A stretch of 64,000 nt of DNA from Polyangiales bacterium (GTDB lineage Bacteria > Myxococcota_A > Polyangia > Polyangiales > JADJQN01), in contig CAXNJO010000013.1 of NCBI GenBank assembly GCA_964202905.1, positions 32,001 through 96,000 on the forward strand. The letters run 5' to 3'. The notes under the pieces are model-generated. The model was given only the letters and a program-made list of their open reading frames with translations, was not told the origin of the DNA and ran no database searches. The position numbers and the translations under genes are program-made. This document shows positions 33,847 to 44,566 of this stretch, piece by piece (the stretch's first letter is position 1; each line of letters opens with the position of its first letter).

Positions 33847-35257
33847 TCAGGCGTTGTGGAAGCGCATCGCGCGACCGATGCGAGGGTCGCCGACGGCCAC
33901 CAGCGAGTGGCGGGACATCTGCCAGAAGACGACGGCGAGGAAGGTGCCGACGACACCGAACAGACAAGAGATATCCATCCAGTGCGGCGAGAACCCTTCG
34001 GCCGCGTAGGGGATGACGAGCCAGTACACGTCGACGACGTGCATGACGAGCATCCAGCCCGCCCCGAAACCGAGGATGGCGAGACGGCGCTTCGCATTGC
34101 GCGAGATCAGGAGGAAGAAGGGCACGATGAAGTGTCCCACGAGCAGGGCGAGCGACACACCGCGCCAGCCCGCCGCCTCCCAGCGCAGATGGAAGAAGGT
34201 CGTCTCCTCCGGGATGCTCGCGTACCAGATCAGGACGAACTGGGAGAACCCGATATACGTCCAGAACACGGTGAAGCCGAACAACATTTTGCCGAGATCG
34301 TGGAAGTGCTCGGTGGTCACGGCGTTGCCGAGATAGCCCTGCGAACGTAGGCCGAGCCCGACGACGATCACGAGCGCGTGGATGGTGACCACTGCGCCAG
34401 CGAAGAGATACACGCCGTAGATGGTCGAGTACCAAGTCGGCTCGAGGGCCATCACCCAGTCGAATCCCGAAAACGTCAGCGTGATCGCAAAGAGCGCGAT
34501 GGCGGCCGGCGCGAGGCCCTGGAGCTTGCGCGTGATGGCGATGTCGCGCGACTTGTCCTGCTGTGTCGACCACGAGAACAGACGCCAGGCGAGAAACACC
34601 CACGTCAGGAAGTAGAAGACCGCGCGGCCTGTGAAGAAGGGCAGGTTGAGATACCAGCCCTTGAACTCGAGGATCTCGGCGTGCTGCGCGTGGAGCGCGG
34701 CTTCGTTGCCCTCCCAGGCCGCAGCCTCCGGGATCGGCATGTGGTCCTCGCCGACGCGCACGACGCCGCCCTCCTCGTGGCCACCCTCGCCGTGCGGCGC
34801 AGCGTGGTCGCCGCCACCACCGTGGTCACCGCCCCCGTGTTCCGCGGACGCGTGCTCGCCATGCCCGGTGTGACCAATCCACGGGTAGAGCGTGTCGAGC
34901 GAGAGGGCGATGGGAATGAAGAGCACAGGGAGAGTGAACATCCCCGTCAGGAAGAATTCAGCGGTGCGCCGTACGGTCACGCTCCAGCCCGACGCCCGTC
35001 AGGAACTGCACGAGCACGAAGAACATCGCGCCCAAGCCGAGGGAGAGGGACGACCATGAAGGCGAAGAGCCAGCTGAACGCGAAGCGCTGCGCGGCGGCG
35101 ATCGAAAAGCCTGCGCCCGCGCCTGCGAGCCCGAGCACGGCGAAGACGGCCATGACCTTCCACGCCTGTTCGCCAAGCGCCCGTCGCCGGAATCCGGAAA
35201 GCGGTACTCCGCCTTCGACGACGTCGCGGTCGCCGCGGTGGGGGATGCGGTGCTCAC
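33847..35257 (-). CDS. actF: Alternative complex III subunit ActF (several apparent frameshifts in the 5' part)
   Basis: GTG 35257 follows GGAGG. Segments in three frames join into AWKVMAVF...FSWLFAFMVV/LSLGLGAMFFVLVQFLTG/GWSVTVRRTAE. The downstream ORF has FDWVMALEPTWYSTIYG, HFHDLGK and IWYASIPEET. Confidence 0.88.
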
Positions 35258-35858
35258 GGTGTGCCTCCACGGGGACGTTGGCCTGGCTGATCTGCAGGGC
35301 GCGCACGTACGAGACGATCGCCCACCGGTCGTCGGTCGGGATCTGCGCGTAGTAACCCGGCATGTTGCGAACTCCGTTCGTGATGGTCGCGTAGAGCTGG
35401 CCATCGGGCATGTGACGGATTCGGTCTTGGTGATACGAGGGTGGGGCCAACATCCCGCGGGCGACGACGATGCCCTTCCCGTCACCGGTGCGGCCGTGAC
35501 AAGGGGTGCAGTAGATGTCGTACCGCTCCTGCCCGCGCAAAAGCATCGCCTCGTTGCCGCCGAAGCGGGCCGAGACCTCCTCGGGGGCGGTGAGCAGGTA
35601 GGTGAGGCCGTCCTCGAGCCGGCCCGTCTCGATGCGGGGGTCGGTTTCCATCTCGCGGGAGACCGCGCCGGCGACCTGCGGACGCATCATGCGCCCATCC
35701 GGGAAGAAGGCGCTGCGCCCTTGGTTCTCGTAGCGGGGCTGGTCGTGCATGTTGCGGATGCCGCCGATGGGCTCCTGCTTCGAGGTCGCGCCACGACAGC
35801 CGACCAGGGCCGTCGCGAGCAGGAAGACACTCGAAACGATGGCGATGCGCCTGCTCAC
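35254..35858 (-). CDS. actE: Alternative complex III monoheme cytochrome c lipoprotein ActE
   Basis: Lipobox LVGC, NMHDQPRY, YDIYCTPCHG, MPGY and DRWAIVSYVRALQ. The natural stop is probably the TGA at 35256-35254 overlapping the actF GTG, which is out of frame in the given sequence. Confidence 0.88.
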
Positions 35859-36461
35859 GACGGGTACTCCTCGACGAGCTCGAGGTGCGCGGGGGTCGTC
35901 CCCTCGAGCAGCAAGCGCGTCTTCTTGAGGTCGAACTTCGGATCCGAGGCGTCCACGGAAAGGAAGAATCGGTCGTCAGTGGCGCGCGCGAAGCGCTCCG
36001 ACTCGAAGACCGGGTGGTGGTGCCGCGGGAGCTGACAGAGACCGAACATCCCGAACACCGCACCGAACGCGGAGAGGAGGATGGTGAGCTCGAAGCATCA
36101 CCGGCACGCATCGACGGGAATCGCATCGGGGGGTTTTCCGCCGATGACGAGCGGATAATCGATGCCGTTCATCCAGGTCATCATCACGAAACCGGTGAGA
36201 CAGCCCGCGAGCCCGAGAACGAGGACGATCCAGCCGAGCGGCGTGTCGCGCAGCCCCATGGCCTTGTCCATCCCGTGCACCGGATACGGGGTGTGCGCAT
36301 CGAACTTCGTGTAGCCCGCGTCGCGGAGCTTCTCGGCCGCACTCGACGCAGGCGTCGGGGGTCTCGTACTCGGCGAGGTAGCAGCGCGGCGATCCGGTCC
36401 GCCGCAGACGGCCTCGCCGTCCGCGTTCGTCATGGCTTCTGTCGTCGACAGAGGTCGTCAT
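35855..36461 (-). CDS. actD: Alternative complex III subunit ActD (DUF3341), multiple apparent frameshifts
   Basis: Pieces YLAEYETPDA / AAEKLRDAGYTKFDAHTPYPVHGMDKAMG...IGGKP / FELTILLSAFGAVFGM...RATDDRFFL are separated by single-base insertions. Confidence 0.85.
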
Positions 36462-36465
36462 GCTC

Positions 36466-37959
36466 TCACTCCGCCGGAACGGCCGCAGCCGAGCCGTCGT
36501 GACCGTGGTCGTCCGCGTCGTGGCGGGCGTGGCCCGCGTGGGGATGGGCGTTGGGCAGCGTGGCCTTGACCTCCGCGAGCGCGATCATCGGCAGCCACCG
36601 CAGGAAGAGCAGGAACAGCGAGAAGAAGAGCCCGAAGGTCCCGATGTAGATGCCCATGTCCCACATGGTCGGGCTGAACAGTAGCCCCACGACGCCGGGA
36701 GATAGTCGCGGTGCAGCGTCGTCACGATGATGACGAAGCGCTCGAACCACATGCCGATGTTGATAAGGATGGAGACGACGAACATCAGCGGGGATGCTCG
36801 TGCGCATGCGCTTGAACCAGAAGACCTGCGGGAAGATCACGTTGCACGCGATCATCGACCAGTAGGCCCACGCGTAAGGGCCCGTGGCGCGGTTGAGGAA
36901 GACGTACCGCTCGTACTGGTTGCCCGAGTAGTAGGCGACGAAGAACTCCATCGCGTACGCGTACCCGACGAGGCTTCCCGTCGTGAGCATGATTTTGTTC
37001 ATCAGCTCGAGGTGCTTCATCGTCACGACGTCCTTCATACCGAAGACCGCGCGGCAGATGAGCATCAGCGTGAGCACCATCGCGAAGCCGCTGAACACGG
37101 CGCCGGCGACGAAGTACGGCGGGAAGATCGTCGTGTGCCAGCCGGGCTCGACCGACGTGGCGAAGTCGAACGACACGATGGAGTGCACGGAGAGGACGAG
37201 CGGCGTCGAGAGCCCGGCGAGAATGAGATAGGCGCGCTCGTAGTGCTGCCAGTGACGGTTGCTTCCGCGCCAGCCCACGGAGAAGAAGCCGTACGCGAAG
37301 CGCCGGATCTTCTGCGGGAGCGCGTTGCCCGTCGAGCGGTCACGCAGCGTCGCGAGATCGGGGATGAGCCCGATGAACCAGAAGAGCGCCGAGACGGTGA
37401 AGTACGTGGAGACCGCGAAGATGTCCCACATGAGCGGGCTCTTGAACTGCGGCCACAGGACCATCTGGTTGGGGAGCGGGAACATGTAGTAGTCGAACCA
37501 AGGCCGACCGGTGTGCAGGCCCGGGAAGATACCCGCACACATGACCGCGAAGATCGTCATGGCTTCGGCGAAGCGGTTGATGCTCGTGCGCCACTTCTGC
37601 CGGAACAGGAAGAGGATCGCGCTGATGAGCGTGCCGGCGTGGCCGATACCAATCCACCAGACGAAGTTCGTGATGTCCCAGGCCCAACCGACTGGGCTGT
37701 TGTTGCCCCAGACGCCGACGCCCTTGAAGAGGAGCCACGCGACCGATGCGCCCAGAATGCCTGCCACCGACACGGCGAGACCGAACGCGATCCACCACGC
37801 GCGCGGGGTCTTGTTCTCCGTCGGCGCGCAGATGGTGTCAGTCAACTCCCGCATCGTGATCGTCGGCGGGAGAAGGTTGCGCTCCCCGAGATACTCGATC
37901 GGCGCCTCGGCGCCGTGCGCGAGCTCTTCCTCGACGGGGGTGAAATGCACGTCACTCAT
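36466..37959 (-). CDS. actC: Alternative complex III quinol-binding subunit ActC (NrfD/PsrC family)
   Basis: [31 protein letters not shown] and [15 protein letters not shown]. The conserved [14 protein letters not shown] segment lies in another frame between compensating indels at ~36790 and ~36681. Confidence 0.93.
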   Translation of the reverse strand: MSDVHFTPVEEELAHGAEAPIEYLGERNLLPPTITMRELTDTICAPTENKTPRAWWIAFGLAVSVAGILGASVAWLLFKGVGVWGNNSPVGWAWDITNFVWWIGIGHAGTLISAILFLFRQKWRTSINRFAEAMTIFAVMCAGIFPGLHTGRPWFDYYMFPLPNQMVLWPQFKSPLMWDIFAVSTYFTVSALFWFIGLIPDLATLRDRSTGNALPQKIRRFAYGFFSVGWRGSNRHWQHYERAYLILAGLSTPLVLSVHSIVSFDFATSVEPGWHTTIFPPYFVAGAVFSGFAMVLTLMLICRAVFGMKDVVTMKHLELMNKIMLTTGSLVGYAYAMEFFVAYYSGNQYERYVFLNRATGPYAWAYWSMIACNVIFPQVFWFKRMRTSIPADVRRLHPYQHRHVVRALRHHRDDAAPRLSPGVVGLLFSPTMWDMGIYIGTFGLFFSLFLLFLRWLPMIALAEVKATLPNAHPHAGHARHDADDHGHDGSAAAVPAE

Positions 37960-40900
37960 GCCGACATCTCCGGGTTCGGATTGCGGACCTTGCCGAGGAA
38001 GGTCGTGCGCGGCTGCGCGCCGACCTCTGCCAAGAGCTTGTAGTGCCGCGAGATCTGGTTCGCGCGGGACACGCGGCTCGCCGCATCGTTCAGGTCACCG
38101 AAGACGATGGCCTGCGCCGGACAGGCCTGCGCGCAGGCGGGATTGATGTCGCCATCGCGGAGACCACGACCCGCGACCTTCGTCGCGATGCGCGCCATCT
38201 CGATGCGCTGCACGCAGTACGTGCACTTCTCCATCACGCCGCGCATGCGCACGGTGACGTTCGGGTTGAACTGCAGGCGCTTCGTCTCGGGGACCTCGCC
38301 CGATGCCTCATGGTTGGTGTGCCAGTTCAGGTAGTTGAAACGGCGCGCCTTGTACGGGCAATTGTTGGCGCAGTACCGCGTGCCGATGCAGCGGTTGTAC
38401 GCCATGTCGTTGAGGCCTTCCGGGGAGTGCGCGGTCGCCTCGACGGGACACACGTTCTCGCAGGGCGCCTCCTCACACTGCTGGCAGCCGAGCGGCTGGA
38501 ACGAGACCTCCGGTTGGTTCTCGTCCTCGCCCACGAAGTAGCGGTCGATGCGCAGCCAGTGCATCTCGCGGCCGCGCGCGACCATCTCCTTGCCGACGGT
38601 CGGGATGTTGTTCTCCGACTGGCACGCGATCACACACGTGTTGCAACCCGTGCATGCGCTGAGGTCGATGACGAGGCCCCACTTGTGACCGACGTACTCG
38701 ACCTCGCGCCAGAGCGGGAGCGCGCGCGGCATCGGCGAGCGCTGGATCGCGAACGTCGGATTCGCCTTGTATTCCTCGAGGGTCGCGTCGATCGCGATCG
38801 GGCGGCCCTCCATGGAGTTGTGATCCTGCGTCTGCGAGATGGGGTGTTTGCCGCCCGCCTTCTGAATCTCGACCGGTGCCGCGTGCAGCGCATCGGAGCG
38901 GCGAAGAGGGAAGACATCGAAGCCGACGTCGCGGCCATAGCGCCCCGTGTGCTTGCGCCCCCAGCCCATCAGCAACCCCACCGACTTCTCCGGCTGGCCG
39001 GGCAGTCGCCAAGCGGGGAGTTCGACCGTGGCGCCTTCGCGTGTGACGCGGATCAGATCGCCGTCGCGGACCCCCAGTTGCTCCGCGGACTTCGGCGCGA
39101 GGAGCGCGACGTTGTCCCAGGTGATGCGGGTCATCGGGTCCGGCAGTTCGAGGAGCCACGCGTTGTTCGCGTGACGCCCGTCGAGCAGCTTCGGATCGGC
39201 GAGGAACACCGCCTCAAATCCGTCAGCCGCCGCGGGCGCTGCGCCGAGCGCGGCGCCGATGCGCGAGCCCTCCACCGGAAGGAGCCGGGGCGACTCGGCC
39301 GTGCCCGGCACGAAGCCGCGGTGGAGCACACGGCGCCACTCTGCCTCGAAGCCCACGGTGCCGAAATTCGGGAGGGCGCGCAGCGTCTGGCGGACGAGGT
39401 AATAGCCGCGCCAGTTGCGCTCACCTGCGAGTTGCGCGAGCACCTCGACGTCGCTGCGGCCACCGAACATCGGCGAGATGAGCGGCTGCTGGATCGAGAT
39501 CGTCCCGTCGAGGCCGCGAAGGTCGCCCCACGACTCGAGTTCGTGACCGCGCGGCACATGCCACTTCGTCACGTGGCTGGTCTCGTCACGGAAGCCCGAG
39601 ACGTGGATGGACAGCTCGACGCGCGCGAGTTTGCCCGCGAGGTCGAGGTCGGCCGGCGCGTCGAACACAGGATTGCCGCCGAGGATGAGGGCGGTCTTCG
39701 CCGTCGCGAGGCCCTCCGCGAAGGCGCGGATGCTCGCGAGTTGGTCGCCCTCCCCTGGATCCGCGGGGCTCGTGAAGCTGATCGTCGTACCGTGGCTTGC
39801 CGAGCGCCGCGTTGAGGGCGTGCACGAGCGCGTGCACGGACGCGGGTTGCCGGCTGCCGGCCACGATGACGCCGCGACCGCGGGCGCCCGCGAGTTCCTG
39901 CGCGACCGTGGCAATCCACTTCGCGGGGATACCGTCCGCGTTCGCGCCCTGCACGCTCGCGCCGAGCGCGCCCAACTCCAGGCGGTGCGCGGTGGCGAGT
40001 TGCTTCGCCAACGCACGCACGTAGGCGGCGACCTTCGAAGGCGCGAGCGCGAGACGGTGGTCGGCGTTGGCTCCCGTGGTGGAGTGGGTCGACTCGACGA
40101 CGTAGAGGCGGCTCATCGTGTCGGTCGGCTGCGTGATCCGGCGCCCGTCGGCGAACCGACGCGTGGCGCGGATCGAGGCGCTCTCCGTCTGGAGGAAATC
40201 CGCGTCGACCGAGAGGATGACGCGCGCGCCCTGGTAGTCGTGATGGGCGACGAGCGGCTCACCGAAGGCGATGCGCGCGCCCTCGCGCGCGTTTGACTCG
40301 TTCACGGGCGTCCACGCGTGGAACTTCGCCTGCGGGAACTTCTGCATCATCGCGGTGCGCAAACGCAGGAACGAGGGCGAGATGGACGGCGCCGCGAGGA
40401 TTCGAAGCCCGGCGCCGGAGTCGACTGCATGCGTGCGCGCGACCTGCGCGAGCAGGGCATCGACGTCGGCGAAGGTCTTGTCCGTCTCGCCCTGCCGAGG
40501 GCCGTTGGAGCGGTCCGGATCGTAGAGGTCGAGTACCAGAGCCTGCGCGAGCAGGTCGGTTGCGCCCAAGCTCGCCGGATGGTCGGGGTTGCCCTCGATC
40601 TTGGTGGGCCGACCCTCGAAGGAGGTGACCAGCAGACCGAGCGCCTCACCGCGCCGCTCGACGGCGGTGGCGTAGTGCATCGGCACGCCCGGATTAAGGT
40701 ACTCGGGCGCCTGCGAGTAGGGCAGGATTTGCTCGGCGGGACGCCGCACGCAGCCTTCGATGCCGATCGCGGCGGCCGTGGCGGTCGCGACGGTCAGGAA
40801 GCCGCGGCGGGAGACCTGCCCCGCCTCCTCCGACCCGCCGACGCCGAGCGGAAACTCCGGCTCGGCGGCGCGGGCGTGGGCGGCAGGCGCGAGCTTCTCG

Positions 40901-40971
40901 TCGAGGCTCTTCCAGATGGATTTCGCCGCGGCGGGCGCGGCAGCGAAGGTGTATTTCTCACGCTTGCTCAT
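37956..40971 (-). CDS. actB: Alternative complex III subunit ActB (molybdopterin-oxidoreductase-like + Fe-S domain); one apparent +1 frameshift at ~39797
   Basis: Tat motif [20 protein letters not shown], and Fe-S motifs [33 protein letters not shown] and CTYC...PACAQAC. The two ORFs join by removing one A (GGC-A-AGC-CAC). Confidence 0.93.
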
Positions 40972-41603
40972 CGGTGACACCCCGAGCAGTTCTCTGGCGG
41001 ATGGACATTCGCAGCGAGCGCCTGGACGGCTTGCTCGTCGGTGGTCTGCTCCCAGGCCATGTTCGTGATCTGGTCGCGCGGACGGAGGTGCGGTCCGGGG
41101 TTGCGGTGGCAGTCGAGGCACCAGCCCATGCTGAGCGGCTCTTGCACCGACACGACCTCCATCTGGTCGACGCGACCGTGGCAGCTCGTGCAACCCACAC
41201 CGGCATTGAGATGGGCCGAGTGGTTGAAGTAAGCGTGGTCTGCGACCTTGTGGACGCGGACCCACTCGACCGGGGCGCCGCTCTCCCAGCTGTCACGGAC
41301 CCGCTGCAGGCGCGGCGACTGCGCCTTCACGAGTGAGTGGCAACCCATGCAGGTCTGGGTCGGTGGGACCATCGCTTCCGCCGACCGCTCGACGTTCGCG
41401 TGGCAGTACCGGCAGTCCATGCCCAGTTGACCCGCGTGGAGGCGGTGGCTGTAGGGCACCGGCTGCTCGGGGGCGTAGCCGACCTGCAGGTTCTTCGGGG
41501 AGAGGTAGTACCAGACGATGCCGGTCACCGCGCCGCCGGCCACGAACGTGACGAGCGCCAGCGCGAGCGGAAGGATGTTGAGTGTTTTGGGGAAGATCTG
41601 CAT
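40968..41603 (-). CDS. actA: Alternative complex III pentaheme cytochrome c ActA
   Basis: N-terminal TM helix, PEQPVPYSHRLHAG and five CxxCH motifs (CRYCH, CMGCH, CTSCH, CLDCH, CSGCH). ATGA overlap with actB. Confidence 0.95.
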   Translation of the reverse strand: MQIFPKTLNILPLALALVTFVAGGAVTGIVWYYLSPKNLQVGYAPEQPVPYSHRLHAGQLGMDCRYCHANVERSAEAMVPPTQTCMGCHSLVKAQSPRLQRVRDSWESGAPVEWVRVHKVADHAYFNHSAHLNAGVGCTSCHGRVDQMEVVSVQEPLSMGWCLDCHRNPGPHLRPRDQITNMAWEQTTDEQAVQALAANVHPPENCSGCHR

Positions 41604-41741
41604 GAGGCCTTCGCTCCGGTGGGGGGATGCGTAGGAGCTGCGCGGGGAATGCGCGGGGAGCCTTGGTTCGCGCGGATGGGAGACGAACTTCGCGAGCCCG
41701 CAGGGTGCTCGGAGGGGGTCGGCCGCTCGGGGCGCGGCGCC

Positions 41742-41778
41742 CTTATACGAGACCTCTTCGAGGCGCACAACCTCGAAG
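41742..41778 (-). promoter_or_regulatory. Sigma70-type promoter of the act-cox operon with an overlapping palindromic operator
   Basis: On the minus strand, TTGTGC (41770-41765)-N17-TATAAG (41747-41742). A perfect inverted repeat CTTCGAGG-N7-CCTCGAAG at 41756-41778 brackets the -35. Confidence 0.65.
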
Positions 41779-41787
41779 CGGGGAGTT

Positions 41788-42288
41788 TCAGTGGGGCCGG
41801 GCGCTGAGGAGGGCGCGGACCTCTGCGGCGTGCGTGGGGCAGTCCCTCGCAAGGATGCTGAGAGACACCGTTTGATCGGGCTTCTGCGAGCGGGAGGACA
41901 CCGAGGCGTCACGGACCTGGAGCGCGGGCCCGCGGGCGGCTGGGCTCGCATCCGGAACGATCGCGCGGATCGCGACGACGAGTCCCGCGTGCAGCTCGAA
42001 GCGAACTTCGCGTGGCGCGGAGGCACCGGGCGCACCGGGCATCGGCTCCCACGCGAGGGTGAGGTCTCCAGCGCCCGTCACGCCCGCCGCAGCGCGGAAG
42101 CGGCCTCCACCGGGGGGCTGGAAGGCCACGCGTAGCTGGCTCGCCGTCTGACCGAGCCGCGCGCCGTGAAGCGAGGCGGGCTCCCCAGCGGAATTGCCGA
42201 GGAGCAGGGACGCGACAGACCAGCCGCTTGCGCCCACGAGCGCAGTGGTGATCACGACTGCGACCGACGCCATCCGAGACACCGCCAT
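41788..42288 (-). CDS. Hypothetical exported/membrane-anchored protein
   Basis: ORF with an N-terminal hydrophobic helix filling the gap between actA and the kinase; start uncertain (42288/42297). Confidence 0.55.
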   Translation of the reverse strand: MAVSRMASVAVVITTALVGASGWSVASLLLGNSAGEPASLHGARLGQTASQLRVAFQPPGGGRFRAAAGVTGAGDLTLAWEPMPGAPGASAPREVRFELHAGLVVAIRAIVPDASPAARGPALQVRDASVSSRSQKPDQTVSLSILARDCPTHAAEVRALLSARPH

Positions 42289-42461
42289 GGCACCCATCCT
42301 TGCCGGTGCGGAGACGGCGCACCTGCGCGGTCCGGCACGGCCTTTGGTCGACGAGGACGTCTATCCGCCGCGTGTGCGGGGCGGTCAAGCGTGGCGTCCC
42401 GCCCCGCGACGGCCCGCCGCGGCACTCGCGCGCCCCCCGCGAATCGTGGCACCCTCGGCCC

Positions 42462-44531
42462 GTGCGCAGCCTGCTCTCGCCTGACGCTCCCGCGCAGCAT
42501 GCCCGGTTCGATCGCTTTCAACTGCTCGAGCGGATCGCGGTGGGGGGCATGGCCGAGGTTTTCCGCGCGAGCGAGCTCGGGCCGGTGCGCGACGCGCCCT
42601 CTCGCACGGTGGTCATCAAGCGGATGCTCCCCGCGCTCACGGCGGACCGAGAGGCGCGCGCGATGTTCCTCGAGGAGCGGCGTATCGGCGCGTTCGTGCG
42701 CCACGAGAACGTCGTCGCGCAGTTCGGCGGAGGCGAGGCCGACGGGACGCCCTATCTCGTGCTCGAACTGGTCGCAGGACTGGATCTCGGGCGACTGACC
42801 CGATGGCTCACGCGCACCGGGCGGGCGCTCGATGTCTCGCTCGCGGTCTTCGTCGCACGGGAGTTCCTCGCCGGGCTCGCCGCGCTCCACGCCGCGCATG
42901 ACGACGAGGGCGTGCCGCTCGGCGTCGTGCACCGCGACGTGAGCCCCTCGAACGTGCTGCTCTCCCTGCACGGAGACGTGAAGCTCGCCGATCTCGGGAT
43001 CGCCTCGACGCGCGTCACGCGAAGCGCGGGCGACGCGGGGGGCGGGTCGCCGCGCGCCAAAGGCAAACTCGGCTACCTCGCGCCCGAGCAGGTGCGCGGG
43101 GAGCGGCTCGATCAGCGCGCGGACGTGTTCAGCGCCGCAGTCATCCTCGCGGAGTTGCTTCTCGGGCGTCCGCTCTTCGCCGGCGCGTCGGAGCTCGCCG
43201 TGCTGCTCGCGATCCGCGACGGCGACGTGCGCGCGTTCCGGGAACGTGCGCTCGTGCTGCCGGGCGGCCTCGGCGACGTGGTCCTCGCCGCGCTCGAGGG
43301 CGATCGCGAGCGGCGCACGGACTCCGCGGACGCGCTGCGAGACGCACTCGCGCCCTTCGCGCCGGTCGAGGCTTCCGTGATGCGCGCGGAGCTCGCGGCG
43401 CTCGTGCGGACGGCCGTCGCGATGCTCGATGCGGCGCCGCCCGGCCCCCTTCCCATCCCTGCAGCGCGCGATTCGGACACCCTCACGCCGCCGGTGAACG
43501 CATTGATCGGCGCGCACCGGGCCACGCCCGAGAGCATCCTCGACGACGACGCCCTCACCCCGATGGTCGATCCCGAGTCGCCGCCAACGGGCGAGCTCCC
43601 GGCGCTCGATTACGTCGTGCTCACGACGAGCGATGAACGGCGGGGCCCCTGGTCTTACGCGCGCATCGTCGAGGCGATCGCCACCGGACGCATCGACCCC
43701 CGCGATCGCGTGAGCGCGGGCGGGGCTGCGTTCCGCGCCGTGTCCGACGTGCACGGGCTCGCGCGCCATTTCCCGCGCGCGACCGTCGACGCCACGACGC
43801 GCGAGGTGGCGGCGCCCGTCGAGCCCGACGCGACCTATCGCATCGAGGACGGCGGCTTCGTCGTCGCGCTCGCCGGGATGATCGCCCGGGCCGACACGGG
43901 GCTGCTGCTCTGCGAGCAGGGTGGTGTCCGCAAAGAGGTCTACGTGCTTCGCGGCGCGCCGACGTACGTCCGCTCGAACCTTGCCAGCGAGTTGCTCGGT
44001 GAGTTCCTCGTCGCGCGCGGCGTGCTCTCGCGAGGCGAACTCGACATGGCGCTCGCGGTGCTGCCCCGCTTCGAGGGGCGCCTCGGCGACACGCTCACGG
44101 CGCTCGGGCTCGTCGAGCCGGTGAGTCTGTTCCGGCACATCGCCGCGCAGGTCCGCGAGAAATTGCTCGACCTCTTCGGATGGGTCGGTGGGCGCGCGAC
44201 GCTGTGGCGCGGCGCCGACGTCCCAGAGAGCGCCTTCCCCCTCGGGCTCGATGCGGGGTCGATCCTCGAAGACGGCGTCGCGCGCCGCCTCGCGCAGGGA
44301 CTCGACGAGGGCTTGCTCGGCGGCGGCCCCGACGTCTGCCTCTCACGCGTCGAGCCGGCGCCGGCGGGCCTCGACCCCGCGCGACTCCCGGTCAATGCAC
44401 GAGCCTGGCTCGCGCGCCTCGCGGTGCCCATCCCGATGCGCACGCTCGGTTCGGGAAACGGCGACCCGGCGGGCGACGCGCGGGTCGCGGCGATCCTGCT
44501 GGTGCGCCTCGGACTCGCCCGAATCGCTTGA
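42462..44531 (+). CDS. Ser/Thr protein kinase with GYF-like and DUF4388/MshEN-like C-terminal domains
   Basis: IAVGGMAEVF, VVIKR, HRDVSPSN, DLG, GKLGYLAPE and DVFS motifs; RRGPWS (GYF-like); LLGEFLVARG...RLGDTL. Start GTG 42462 inferred. Confidence 0.9.
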   Translation: MRSLLSPDAPAQHARFDRFQLLERIAVGGMAEVFRASELGPVRDAPSRTVVIKRMLPALTADREARAMFLEERRIGAFVRHENVVAQFGGGEADGTPYLVLELVAGLDLGRLTRWLTRTGRALDVSLAVFVAREFLAGLAALHAAHDDEGVPLGVVHRDVSPSNVLLSLHGDVKLADLGIASTRVTRSAGDAGGGSPRAKGKLGYLAPEQVRGERLDQRADVFSAAVILAELLLGRPLFAGASELAVLLAIRDGDVRAFRERALVLPGGLGDVVLAALEGDRERRTDSADALRDALAPFAPVEASVMRAELAALVRTAVAMLDAAPPGPLPIPAARDSDTLTPPVNALIGAHRATPESILDDDALTPMVDPESPPTGELPALDYVVLTTSDERRGPWSYARIVEAIATGRIDPRDRVSAGGAAFRAVSDVHGLARHFPRATVDATTREVAAPVEPDATYRIEDGGFVVALAGMIARADTGLLLCEQGGVRKEVYVLRGAPTYVRSNLASELLGEFLVARGVLSRGELDMALAVLPRFEGRLGDTLTALGLVEPVSLFRHIAAQVREKLLDLFGWVGGRATLWRGADVPESAFPLGLDAGSILEDGVARRLAQGLDEGLLGGGPDVCLSRVEPAPAGLDPARLPVNARAWLARLAVPIPMRTLGSGNGDPAGDARVAAILLVRLGLARIA

Positions 44532-44566
44532 CCGCGGGCGCTCGCCGGTGCTACCCGCGCTCGGCT

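Noticed and set aside
34977..35858. Apparent ActE-ActF fusion ORF
   Set aside because: ActF has its own GGAGG + GTG start at 35257 with an overlapping TGA. The read-through lies in the indel-dense zone and is best explained by sequence error.
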